Source: Candidatus Altiarchaeota archaeon (GTDB lineage Archaea > Altiarchaeota > Altiarchaeia > IMC4 > SCGC-AAA252-I15). Taken from it: a DNA stretch of 64,000 bases. The notes under the pieces were generated by a model. It did not search any database. It was given only the letters and a program-made list of their open reading frames with translations, and had not been told where the DNA came from. This document shows positions 18,866 through 27,979 of this stretch, piece by piece. The DNA lies in assembly GCA_043813075.1 (NCBI GenBank), contig JBDRLL010000020.1:25822-89821 (forward strand). The letters run 5' to 3'. The first letter of the stretch is position 1. Each line of letters opens with the position of its first letter. The position numbers were made by a program, and so were the translations under genes.

Positions 18866-19921
18866 ATGATGGCAACTGGAGGAAAAAGCATCTGGGATTC
18901 GGCAGACGACTCCCAGACTTCGAAGCAAAGGAAATCAGAGAGACGGGAGGAGGAGCTGGATTTAAAGGCAGTCTACTCCCAGATGGGCGGTACCTACTCG
19001 AGCATCAAGGAGGAGGTAGGCAAGGTGATAGTCGGTCAGGACGACATATTAGAGCAGCTTCTGATAGCCATATTCACGGACAGTCACGCGCTGCTGGAGG
19101 GATTCCCTGGGCTGGGCAAGACCATGATGGTTAGGACGCTATCGAGCGTGATGGACATGAAGTTCCGCCGCATACAGTGCACTCCAGACCTGATGCCTTC
19201 AGACATCACCGGAACCCACATAGTGGAGGAGGACGCGGACGGCAGGAAGCGCTTCCGATTCGAGGAGGGTCCGGTGTTCACCAACATACTTCTGGCGGAC
19301 GAGATAAACCGTGCGACGCCAAAATCACAGTCCGCCCTGCTCGAGAGCATGCAGGAGCGGCAGGTTACCATGGGCAACACCACCCACAAGCTGGACCGCC
19401 CGTTTTTCGTGCTCGCAACCCAGAACCCCATAGAGATGGAGGGAACATACCCGCTGCCCGAAGCCCAGATAGACCGTTTCCTGCTGAAGATCATGGTGGG
19501 CTACCCGACGAAAGACCAGGAAGACAGGATAATAGAACGGTATACCAGTGAGATATCCCCCACAGTAAGGCGCGTCCTAAAGAAGGAGCAGGTCCTGGCC
19601 ATACAGGAGCTGGCTAAGAAGATGCCGATATCCCGGGAAGTGAGGGAATACGCCCTTAACATAGTGACTGCGTCAAGGCCTGACAACGACGGGGCAGCGT
19701 CATCCTACCTCGACTACGGCGCCTCACCGAGGGCTTCCATCGGCCTCGTCCTAGCCGCAAAGGCGATGGCGCTGCTGAGGGGCAGGAACTACGTGAGCAG
19801 GGATGACGTGAAGGCCATGTCCTACCCTGTCCTAAGGCATAGGATAATCCTGAACTTCGAGTCCGAGAGGAAGGGCATGAGCACCGACGACGTGATAAAC
19901 GAAATCCTTAAGGAAGTATAG
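18866..19921 (+). CDS. MoxR-family AAA+ ATPase
   Basis: LLEGFPGLGKT, RIQCTPDLMPSDITG, LADEINRATPKSQSALLE, ATQNPIEMEGTYPLPEAQIDRF. Confidence 0.95.
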   Translation: MMATGGKSIWDSADDSQTSKQRKSERREEELDLKAVYSQMGGTYSSIKEEVGKVIVGQDDILEQLLIAIFTDSHALLEGFPGLGKTMMVRTLSSVMDMKFRRIQCTPDLMPSDITGTHIVEEDADGRKRFRFEEGPVFTNILLADEINRATPKSQSALLESMQERQVTMGNTTHKLDRPFFVLATQNPIEMEGTYPLPEAQIDRFLLKIMVGYPTKDQEDRIIERYTSEISPTVRRVLKKEQVLAIQELAKKMPISREVREYALNIVTASRPDNDGAASSYLDYGASPRASIGLVLAAKAMALLRGRNYVSRDDVKAMSYPVLRHRIILNFESERKGMSTDDVINEILKEV

Positions 19922-19926
19922 CCAGA

Positions 19927-20805
19927 ATGATTGACCCGTCCTTCCTTGACGAGCTTAAGGAGCTTAACTTCATGCTTAAGAAGAGGGTTTCCTCAGCATA
20001 CTCTGGGGGAAGGCCTTCAGTAAAGCATGGGAAGGGCATTGAGGTGGTCGACTACCGGGAGTATTTCCCTGGAGACGACTTTCGCCTGATAGACTGGAGG
20101 GTTTACGGAAGGACTGAGAAACTCTACATCCGCCGTTTCGAGGAGGAACGCAACCTTGTCCTCCACATAATGGTGGACTGCAGCTCCAGCATGGACTTCA
20201 AGACCATAGCGATGAGCAAGTTCGACTACGCCGGCAGCCTGGCTGTCGGCTTCGGATTCCTCGCAGTCAACCACCACGAAAAGTTCGCGACAGCACTTTA
20301 CTCCAACAGGCTGAAGTTCGTCCAGCAGCCGAAGAAGGGGAGGAAGACGCTATTCGACACCATAAACCTTATGAACAACATGAAGCTTGAGGGCGAGACC
20401 CGTTTTGGGGAGTGTAGCGGCCAGTACAGCAAGATGATAAAATCCAAGGCATTCAGTGTCGTGATATCCGACTTCCTCGAGCCGATAGAATCCATCAAGG
20501 AGGGCATATACCGGATGGCGAAGCACAGCAAGGAGTTGTTCGTCATACAGGTCCTAGACCCGTGGGAGGTCGACCTCGGATGGAGGAATGACATAGAGTT
20601 CGAGGACATAGAGACAGGAGACCGGAAGAGGAGCTTCCTAAGCCCCTCATTCAAGAGGGACTACAATAGGAACCTCAGGGAACACATAGCCAGTATACAC
20701 GAGACTTGTGATGATGTGGGCGTCAACTTTGTTTCAGTTACGACCAATGTACCCTTGATAGACACTTTCGTTAACCTTGTGGGTGGAGGTAGGAGGCATG
20801 GCTGA
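19927..20805 (+). CDS. DUF58 domain protein
   Basis: DYREYFPGDDFRLIDWRVYGRTEKLYIRRFEEE, VDCSSSM, VISDF. Confidence 0.92.
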   Translation: MIDPSFLDELKELNFMLKKRVSSAYSGGRPSVKHGKGIEVVDYREYFPGDDFRLIDWRVYGRTEKLYIRRFEEERNLVLHIMVDCSSSMDFKTIAMSKFDYAGSLAVGFGFLAVNHHEKFATALYSNRLKFVQQPKKGRKTLFDTINLMNNMKLEGETRFGECSGQYSKMIKSKAFSVVISDFLEPIESIKEGIYRMAKHSKELFVIQVLDPWEVDLGWRNDIEFEDIETGDRKRSFLSPSFKRDYNRNLREHIASIHETCDDVGVNFVSVTTNVPLIDTFVNLVGGGRRHG

Positions 20806-22750
20806 CCTGCCCCTCTCGTCCATATTGGGGAATCCCATGGCGCTCGCAGCCATGAGCCTGATACTACCCGTCATAATACTCTACCTCCTGCGTCCCAAGC
20901 CGAAGCACGTGATATTCCCCTCCACAATGTTCATATTCGTCACCGAAAAGCAGAAGAGGTTCTCAAGCTTCCTGCAGAAGTTCATACGGGACCCTCTCCT
21001 ACTCCTCCAGGTCATGATAATAACTGTAATAGTGCTCTCCCTCGCAAACCCTTTCACGACTTCCATGGATGTCGTCCGTGGCAAGGAGTCGATAGCGATA
21101 ATACTGGATGCGTCGGCGAGCATGCAGGCCACGGACACGACCCCCACACGTTTCTCCAATGCAATTGACTCTGCCCAGAGGATAGTCTCTGACATGCAGC
21201 GTGACGATGAAGTCTCAATCATACTGGCGGAGAACATACCTGTCTCAGTATTGTCGAGGGGCGAGCGGCAGGAGGCGAGGAACGTTTTAGGAGACCTCTA
21301 TGCGTCAGACACGCCATCCAACGTCGGGGACGCCATACTACTAGCCAGGGACCTGCTGTCAACGTCAAAATCCAAGAAGAAGATATACGTGATATCTGAT
21401 TTCGCTGACTCGGACGGCCTGGACCCTGTTTTGGCCAGGAAAATTGCTGCCCTCAGGGGAGTTGAGGTCGAATTCATACGCGTCGGCGGCAGGTCTGATA
21501 ATGTGGGCATAGTCAGCTTTAGCGCGAGGAGGTCTGTCGTGGATGAGGACCGTTTGTTTGCGACCGCCAGCGTCAGGAACTATGGCGCAAGGAAGAGCGT
21601 TAAAATCGACATCCTGTCCGGGGATAAGGTGTTGAATTCTTCAGAGAAGCTCATAGAATCCGGCAGCGAGGAGTTTTTCACTTTCAGCCCGGAGATAAAA
21701 TGGGATGAGCAGGTGATAACAGCGAGGATAGACGGCAAGGACTATCTGGCTGTCGACGACAGGGCGTACAGTTACGTGCCTTCAGTGAGGGTGATAAAGA
21801 TACTGTTGATAACGGGGGAGGCTGACACCGACAAATACCTCCGGCTCATGCTCCAGTCTCTAAGGAACATTGAGTTGTCCGTGAACATACCGCCGCAGCC
21901 GCTCAGGGACTTCAGCAACTTCGACATAATCATCCTGGGTAACGCTGAGAGCGACAACATACTGCCCGGCACATTCATAGACATGAAGCCGTCATTGAGC
22001 AGGGGGTCGGACCTGATAGTCCTCGCGACAGGCAACCTGTGGACTCTGACAAACCAGAACCTCTGGAACATGATGCCCGCAGGCATAAGCGACTGGGGTC
22101 CTCCGGAAGCGGAAGTCCATGTGCTGGAGGAGCATGAGATACTGGATGACGTCGTATTCGACAACCTGGTTGCGAACAAGTACTTCAAAATCCAGTTGGA
22201 TGATGAGAGTGCCGCGAGGATACTGGGCACAGGCGGTGACAATCCGACAACACTCTTCGCATACCGGATGATGGGGGAGGGCCACGTGGTGTTCATGGGA
22301 TTGAATCCTGATCCGGAGTGGACTAACATGTACTACAGTTCTTCATTCCCCATATTCTGGTCCCAGCTCATCAAGTACCTTACTAGGGACGTTTACTCAG
22401 AGTCCATGCAAGACTATGTTTCAGGAGTATACCTGCCGTTGACGGAGTCTACGGAAGTTAGGACGCCTTCAGGCATGACCGTCAACACCAAAAACATTTT
22501 CCTGGACAAGACCGGCGTCTACGAAGTCAACCACCCCTCAAAGAAGTCCAAGATAACAGTCAGCCTGCTGAACACCAGGGAGTCCAACATCACTTCAGGA
22601 GAGGTTGAGAAATCCATCAACGAGGACGAGTTCACTACCGAACGCGAGAAGATCGAGGTGAAGCACGAATACTATAGGATACTGTTGGCGGTCATGCTCG
22701 TAGTATTCATGATAGAAATGCTGGCCTATCGTTGGAGGGGTCTGCTATGA
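20798..22750 (+). CDS. BatA-N plus VWA domain membrane protein
   Basis: PVIILYLLRPKP..FPST BatA N-terminus, MIDAS DASASM, VISDF, C-terminal TM. Confidence 0.85.
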   Translation: MADLPLSSILGNPMALAAMSLILPVIILYLLRPKPKHVIFPSTMFIFVTEKQKRFSSFLQKFIRDPLLLLQVMIITVIVLSLANPFTTSMDVVRGKESIAIILDASASMQATDTTPTRFSNAIDSAQRIVSDMQRDDEVSIILAENIPVSVLSRGERQEARNVLGDLYASDTPSNVGDAILLARDLLSTSKSKKKIYVISDFADSDGLDPVLARKIAALRGVEVEFIRVGGRSDNVGIVSFSARRSVVDEDRLFATASVRNYGARKSVKIDILSGDKVLNSSEKLIESGSEEFFTFSPEIKWDEQVITARIDGKDYLAVDDRAYSYVPSVRVIKILLITGEADTDKYLRLMLQSLRNIELSVNIPPQPLRDFSNFDIIILGNAESDNILPGTFIDMKPSLSRGSDLIVLATGNLWTLTNQNLWNMMPAGISDWGPPEAEVHVLEEHEILDDVVFDNLVANKYFKIQLDDESAARILGTGGDNPTTLFAYRMMGEGHVVFMGLNPDPEWTNMYYSSSFPIFWSQLIKYLTRDVYSESMQDYVSGVYLPLTESTEVRTPSGMTVNTKNIFLDKTGVYEVNHPSKKSKITVSLLNTRESNITSGEVEKSINEDEFTTEREKIEVKHEYYRILLAVMLVVFMIEMLAYRWRGLL

Positions 22751-25326
22751 ACGTAACAACCGTATTGACCGGCGCCATGAGCATGGCTGGCAGGGTTTCA
22801 AGTGTTATACCCTCAGAGTACGGGTTCAAGAACCCAATATACCTCCTGTTCTCACTGCCATTCATACTATTCGTACTGATGTACGTGAGGAAGGGTGGCG
22901 TGTCCAGGAGGCATATCGCGTTCATGGCAGTCCGCGTACTTGTGATAATGCTTGTCGCTATTGCCATAGCGTCTCCAGTCGAGTATTCGAGCCGGACTGA
23001 GGTTAAGGAATTCTCCCCCATAGTCGTCGTCTCAGATGTTTCAGGAAGCATGTCCCTGTCTAACGGCTCCAGGGATGTCTCGACAATGGTTTTCAACGAC
23101 ATACGTGGTCTGGTGGGCAACATCACCGGGAAGACGGACAACATCCTCATAGACTTTTTCGGTGACGGAAATTCGACCGGGATAGGCGATGCGTTGAACC
23201 GGAACCTGGTCCAGAGCGAGGGCAGTTCCACAATAATGGTGTTGGTGAGCGACGGGAGGAACAACATCGGCAGGAACCCTGTTGACGTCGCCAAGGCGGT
23301 GGCAGAAGCGAATTCAACCATCTATGTGGTGAAACCGCATAAGACAGGGGACGACGTCTCCATACAGTATGTCCTGGGAGACCGTAAGATACCGTCGAAC
23401 ACCGAATACGAAATCCTGATTGGAGTAGGCAACACAGGCTTCGCGAGCATCAGCTACGATCTTGAGGTCAGCGTAGACAACGTCAGGAAATTCAACAAGC
23501 ATCTCACGCAGACAGAGTTCGAGAAGCAGGTCCAACTCCAGTTGAGGTTCGAGAATCCGGGCGTATACCAGATACGCGTCGACCTGAGACCAGAGTCCGA
23601 CACGATACCGGAAAACAACGTCTATTACAAGACTGTGGAGGTCGTTGAAAAGCCGTCCATACTAGTCATCACGTCGAACGTCACATCACCCCTGACGAAC
23701 GTCCTCTCGAGACTATACAACGTCGACATAAAGAGCCAGGTGAACGTCGACTACAAGCCATACTCCGCAGTATTCCTGGACAACATCCACGCAGACAATC
23801 TTAACCGTGACCGCGTCAACAAGCTGCGGGAATACGTTCTTCAAGGAAACGGCCTAGTCGTCGTCGGCGGCAAGAACAGTTACGAGTACGGCAAGTACAA
23901 CAACAGTTTCATAGAAAACCTGCTGCCAGTAAAGTCCACTGAAAAGCCGGAGGAGAGGAGGAAGAGGATAGCGGTCCTATTCCTCATAGACATCTCACAG
24001 AGCACCGAGTACGGCATGGGCGAGGACTCTAAGATAGACGTTGAGAAAGCGCTCGCACTCAACATGCTGAGGAACCTGGACAACAACGATACTGTGGGCG
24101 TAATAGCCTTCAACACAGTGCCCTATGTTGTCTCAGGAATGAGCCCCCTGGGGCCTAAACGGGCTGAGGTCGAGGATAGCCTGCTCAGACTGCGTTTCGT
24201 GGGCGGTACGGACATGGTCCCTGCCCTCGAGTCTGCCATAAGGACGCTGGACGGCTACACCATACCAAAATACGTCATACTCCTGTCTGACGGCGTCATA
24301 CCCCGTTCAAAAGCACCGATAGTATTCAGCAAAGTAACCGCTTTGAAAGATATGGACGTCACCATATACAGTGTTGGGGTGGGTTTTGACACTGACGTCC
24401 AGTTGATGAGCGAGATAGCCCGTACTGGCGGTGGCATATACTTCCAGCCTGAAGACTATCAGCGGCTTAAGATAGAGTTCGGCGACAAACTAGAGGAGGA
24501 TAATCCGGAACGTGTGCCGATAATAGTCAGGGACCAGCACCACTTCATAACAAGGAGCATAACAGGTTGGAATGATGAGAGGCCTCCCTCAAGAGGATAT
24601 AACCAGGTTTACGAGAAGTCTGTCGCCCAAGTACCGTTCTCGACGAAGGGTGGGAGTCCCGCCCTCGCGGTCTGGCGTTTCGGACTCGGCCGTGTGGCTT
24701 CACTACTCATCGACAACGGGCTTGTGTGGGGTCGCGACGTTTACGCCGCGAAGAATGGCAAGATGGTTTCAGCCATGACGAACTGGGCTATCGGAGACCT
24801 TGAGAAGACCAAGAAGGTGCGCATAACGACTTCAGACATCAGCATAGGCGAGACCGCGTCACTCGACGTCCGCTCATCCAATAAGCCTGACATCCTCTTG
24901 CAGGGTGGGGTCATAGGTGGCGCGCCAAAGATTTCCGTCACAAGGACTAACGTGGAGACGTATACGGCAGTGTTCACTCCAGAGACCGTCGGCTTCTACG
25001 GCGTGAAGGCGTCTTCAACCGACGGCCAGGACCTGGATGCTGTCGCAGTCAACTATCCGCAGGAATACGCTTCTCTGGGCGTTGACGACGCAGTGCTCGA
25101 GAGGATGGCTTACGTGACAAACGGCCGCGTCTACGATTCAACCCAGATGAGTCAGCTGGAGGATGACTTGATAAAGCACGCCACAATGGAGGCCACTCAG
25201 GAGATCATCGACGAACGGGAGTTATGGCAGTATTTCGCGGCAATAGCGCTGATAATATACTTCATTGATGTGGTGGTCCGCAGGATAGTGGAGATCGTAC
25301 TCTTGAGCAGGGCTCCTAGGGAATGA
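22747..25326 (+). CDS. Double-VWA membrane protein with a GATase-like domain
   Basis: DVSGSM/VSDGRNN and DISQST/LLSDG MIDAS motifs; GLVVVGGKNSY...LLPV; C-terminal TM. Confidence 0.85.
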   Translation: MNVTTVLTGAMSMAGRVSSVIPSEYGFKNPIYLLFSLPFILFVLMYVRKGGVSRRHIAFMAVRVLVIMLVAIAIASPVEYSSRTEVKEFSPIVVVSDVSGSMSLSNGSRDVSTMVFNDIRGLVGNITGKTDNILIDFFGDGNSTGIGDALNRNLVQSEGSSTIMVLVSDGRNNIGRNPVDVAKAVAEANSTIYVVKPHKTGDDVSIQYVLGDRKIPSNTEYEILIGVGNTGFASISYDLEVSVDNVRKFNKHLTQTEFEKQVQLQLRFENPGVYQIRVDLRPESDTIPENNVYYKTVEVVEKPSILVITSNVTSPLTNVLSRLYNVDIKSQVNVDYKPYSAVFLDNIHADNLNRDRVNKLREYVLQGNGLVVVGGKNSYEYGKYNNSFIENLLPVKSTEKPEERRKRIAVLFLIDISQSTEYGMGEDSKIDVEKALALNMLRNLDNNDTVGVIAFNTVPYVVSGMSPLGPKRAEVEDSLLRLRFVGGTDMVPALESAIRTLDGYTIPKYVILLSDGVIPRSKAPIVFSKVTALKDMDVTIYSVGVGFDTDVQLMSEIARTGGGIYFQPEDYQRLKIEFGDKLEEDNPERVPIIVRDQHHFITRSITGWNDERPPSRGYNQVYEKSVAQVPFSTKGGSPALAVWRFGLGRVASLLIDNGLVWGRDVYAAKNGKMVSAMTNWAIGDLEKTKKVRITTSDISIGETASLDVRSSNKPDILLQGGVIGGAPKISVTRTNVETYTAVFTPETVGFYGVKASSTDGQDLDAVAVNYPQEYASLGVDDAVLERMAYVTNGRVYDSTQMSQLEDDLIKHATMEATQEIIDERELWQYFAAIALIIYFIDVVVRRIVEIVLLSRAPRE

Positions 25327-25330
25327 GAAC

Positions 25331-25615
25331 CTAGTCGTCTACGCAACCGATCACTCCCGGCTTGGGAGTGTATATCAGGCCCTTCTTCTCTAAGTCCTTC
25401 AGGATAAGCTTCAGTTCGCTGGATTCGATGTCCGCCTTCTCGACCTCCTCCCTGAGGCTCCTAATCCTAAGAGAGTGGAGTCTGTGGATGATGTTGTACA
25501 CCGTCTGGCGTTTGCCGGCGTTCTGGAGAGAAGTGTTCCTCCTCACAGCAGGCCTTTCATAGCGTGTCCTCGATGGCCCGCCATTATTATTAATTGGTTT
25601 TTTGTTAGAAACCAT
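25331..25615 (-). CDS. Small winged-helix protein (resembles the MCM C-terminal WH domain)
   Basis: VYNIIHRL...LREEVEKADI...ILKDLEKKGLIYTPKPG. Confidence 0.55.
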   Translation of the reverse strand: MVSNKKPINNNGGPSRTRYERPAVRRNTSLQNAGKRQTVYNIIHRLHSLRIRSLREEVEKADIESSELKLILKDLEKKGLIYTPKPGVIGCVDD

Positions 25616-25704
25616 GTTCCACCCCGTACACATAATTGAACGTCGTAGCTTAAATACTTTTTGCCGACAACATTGCTTTTATACTTGTTTGCATATGTGT
25701 CTGC

Positions 25705-27942
25705 TCACTTCCTGTAGCCTGTGTATGTGAGGTTGTGTCCAAGCCTGCGTCTAGTCGTCTTTATAATGCCCTTATTCCTGGGTTTCTCCTCGGCGGGTGG
25801 TTCTTTCTCAGCTGGTGGTGGCGTGGGCTTTCTATCCTCAACAACCTTTCTCCTTACCGTGGTATCTGTCTTCTTCTCTGCGGGAGCATACGCCCTCCTC
25901 CTTGGAGTATGCTTATTATCCAGTGGCGTATGTTTCTTCTCTGTCGGCGTATGCTTCCTCCCTGTTCCATCAACCTTCGACTGCGCATAAGCCCTATTTC
26001 TCGGCTTGTCCAGCTTAAGCCGTGGCATCTTGAGCCTCTGCCATGCTATGATGGATATGGCAGTCAGCACGCCTATCATGCTTATGAGTATTATCACGCC
26101 AAGTACGTACGAAAGGCTTATGTACTTCATGAATGAAGGCATCCCCAGGCGATTCCCCCCCTCATCCACCTTATTAGCGTCATCTCCCACGCCTGCCGCA
26201 ATGGTTATGTTCTCAACGAGTAGTGCGGCTTCATCGGCATTTTCCCTGTCGCCGGCAAGCCGGTATAGGCTCTCCGCCTTCTTTGCATTCATCAAGGCTG
26301 ATTCATAATTCTTTTCCTTGTATTCGGAGAGTGACTTATTGTAGATGATGCTTGCATTAAGTCTTAGCACCGCACCCGACTCGTTTATCCTCCTATCGCA
26401 TTCGTCTATCGCGAGCCTGTCGTTCAGCTGTGGCGACGCGTACTTGCTGCGCGCTATGCTCGCGTTCCGTATCGCGCTCTCATAGTCCTGGTTGATGTAC
26501 GCGTGTTTGGAGAGGTTGAGGGCGCTGTCAGCCTCCCGCTTCAAAGACTCCACCTGCTCTCCTATGCTGTTTAACCCGTCCAACTCGTTTATGCAGTCCG
26601 AGACCCTGTCCATCAACCCAAGCTGACTGTACAGGCTCTTCGAGTCCTCAAGGCATTCGATGGACAACTCGATGTTCTTCTGGCTCTTGTACGCCATCGC
26701 CTTGCTGAACAGCTCGTCCGCCCTCAGCTTCTTCGCATACTCCTGTGTCTTGAAGTAGTAAACGTTTTTCACAGCACCTGCTACAATCTCCCCGTAGTTG
26801 TCTGCGTCCATGTCCCTCGCATGGACGTAGTCTACTGTCGTGAGGTAGGCGCTCTCCCACTTCGGCTTACCGTCCCTGTCGAACACGTACACTTTGTTCG
26901 AGCCGACGACTATCTCAGGGTATCCGTCATTATCCAGGTCTCCCGCGTCAATCGAGTACACCCTCGACCCGGTTAAACCCACCCACTTGCTCTTGCCCTT
27001 TGAGTCCAAAACCTTCAGATCGCTCAAAGCAAGGCCTATCTCCGCTTCCCCGTCCCCATCCAGGTCTTCCACAATACCCGCTCCCGCGGCGTCGTTCACG
27101 TCAGTCTGCCATATATGGGCTCCGTCCTTGCTTAGCGCGTAAACGTAGGGTTTCGAGGATACTATGACGTTGTTGTCGCCGTCACCGTTGATGTCTGCAA
27201 TCTTCACCCATGTTACTCCGCCCGCGGTGCCGGACTCCCACATGACCTCCCCGGTATTGCTTAAGGCTATGATCTTTGAAGGCAGGTCGATGTTGGGGTT
27301 GCATGACGACTTGTAGGTCACCTTCGCCCTGTAGATCAAGCCTACTACCACGTCCGCCTTACCGTCCCCGTTCAAGTCTCCAGCGTCAATCGCGACTGGA
27401 AGGTCGTCCCCGCTCAGAGTGTGCTTCCAAATGGTGTTCGGCGGATACGTTGACGCGTCTATCGCGTATATCGTCGCGCTCTTGCATTCGTCCTTCTTGT
27501 AGGTTGATACCACGACATCATTCTTCCCGTCTCCATTCAAGTCCGCATGATCTATGACCTGCACGTGCTTTAATGAGGTGGAGTACTTCCAAAGTTCGGA
27601 ACCGGACTCTGATATGCCTATTGCGTGGCTCCCATACCCTGCTATAACCTCGCTCCTCCCATCGGAATTCAAGTCCGCTGCAGATAATTCAAAGACGTAG
27701 CCCGACATCCTGTACGGCTTACTCCAGTACTCTGTTCCCCTGTTGTTGAGACTGTATACCGCACCCTCCTGCGATGTTGCCACTAGTATCTCGTAAACCC
27801 CGTTACCATCCAAGTCTGCGACGTCAAGCCCGCTTATCACCTCCTTGGCCGTGTAATTCCACATTGACTGCATGTACTCGTCAGAGAAAGAGGATGCCGT
27901 AGTGGCCAGGCATACGAGCAGGAGGGCTGTGACATACTTCAT
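25705..27942 (-). CDS. Cell-surface FG-GAP/beta-propeller protein with TPR-like helices, a TM helix and a basic tail
   Basis: Signal peptide; repeated DxxxDGxxE/D-hhh Ca-binding loops; helical repeats; TM near aa 610-635. Confidence 0.85.
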   Translation of the reverse strand: MKYVTALLLVCLATTASSFSDEYMQSMWNYTAKEVISGLDVADLDGNGVYEILVATSQEGAVYSLNNRGTEYWSKPYRMSGYVFELSAADLNSDGRSEVIAGYGSHAIGISESGSELWKYSTSLKHVQVIDHADLNGDGKNDVVVSTYKKDECKSATIYAIDASTYPPNTIWKHTLSGDDLPVAIDAGDLNGDGKADVVVGLIYRAKVTYKSSCNPNIDLPSKIIALSNTGEVMWESGTAGGVTWVKIADINGDGDNNVIVSSKPYVYALSKDGAHIWQTDVNDAAGAGIVEDLDGDGEAEIGLALSDLKVLDSKGKSKWVGLTGSRVYSIDAGDLDNDGYPEIVVGSNKVYVFDRDGKPKWESAYLTTVDYVHARDMDADNYGEIVAGAVKNVYYFKTQEYAKKLRADELFSKAMAYKSQKNIELSIECLEDSKSLYSQLGLMDRVSDCINELDGLNSIGEQVESLKREADSALNLSKHAYINQDYESAIRNASIARSKYASPQLNDRLAIDECDRRINESGAVLRLNASIIYNKSLSEYKEKNYESALMNAKKAESLYRLAGDRENADEAALLVENITIAAGVGDDANKVDEGGNRLGMPSFMKYISLSYVLGVIILISMIGVLTAISIIAWQRLKMPRLKLDKPRNRAYAQSKVDGTGRKHTPTEKKHTPLDNKHTPRRRAYAPAEKKTDTTVRRKVVEDRKPTPPPAEKEPPAEEKPRNKGIIKTTRRRLGHNLTYTGYRK
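25904..25956 (-). repeat. Three 21-nt-spaced coding repeats (KHTP)
   Basis: GGAGTATGCTT, GGCGTATGTTT and GGCGTATGCTT at 25904, 25925 and 25946. Confidence 0.7.
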
Positions 27943-27979
27943 GACATATATTATTTACCGTAGATTATTTAAGGATACA

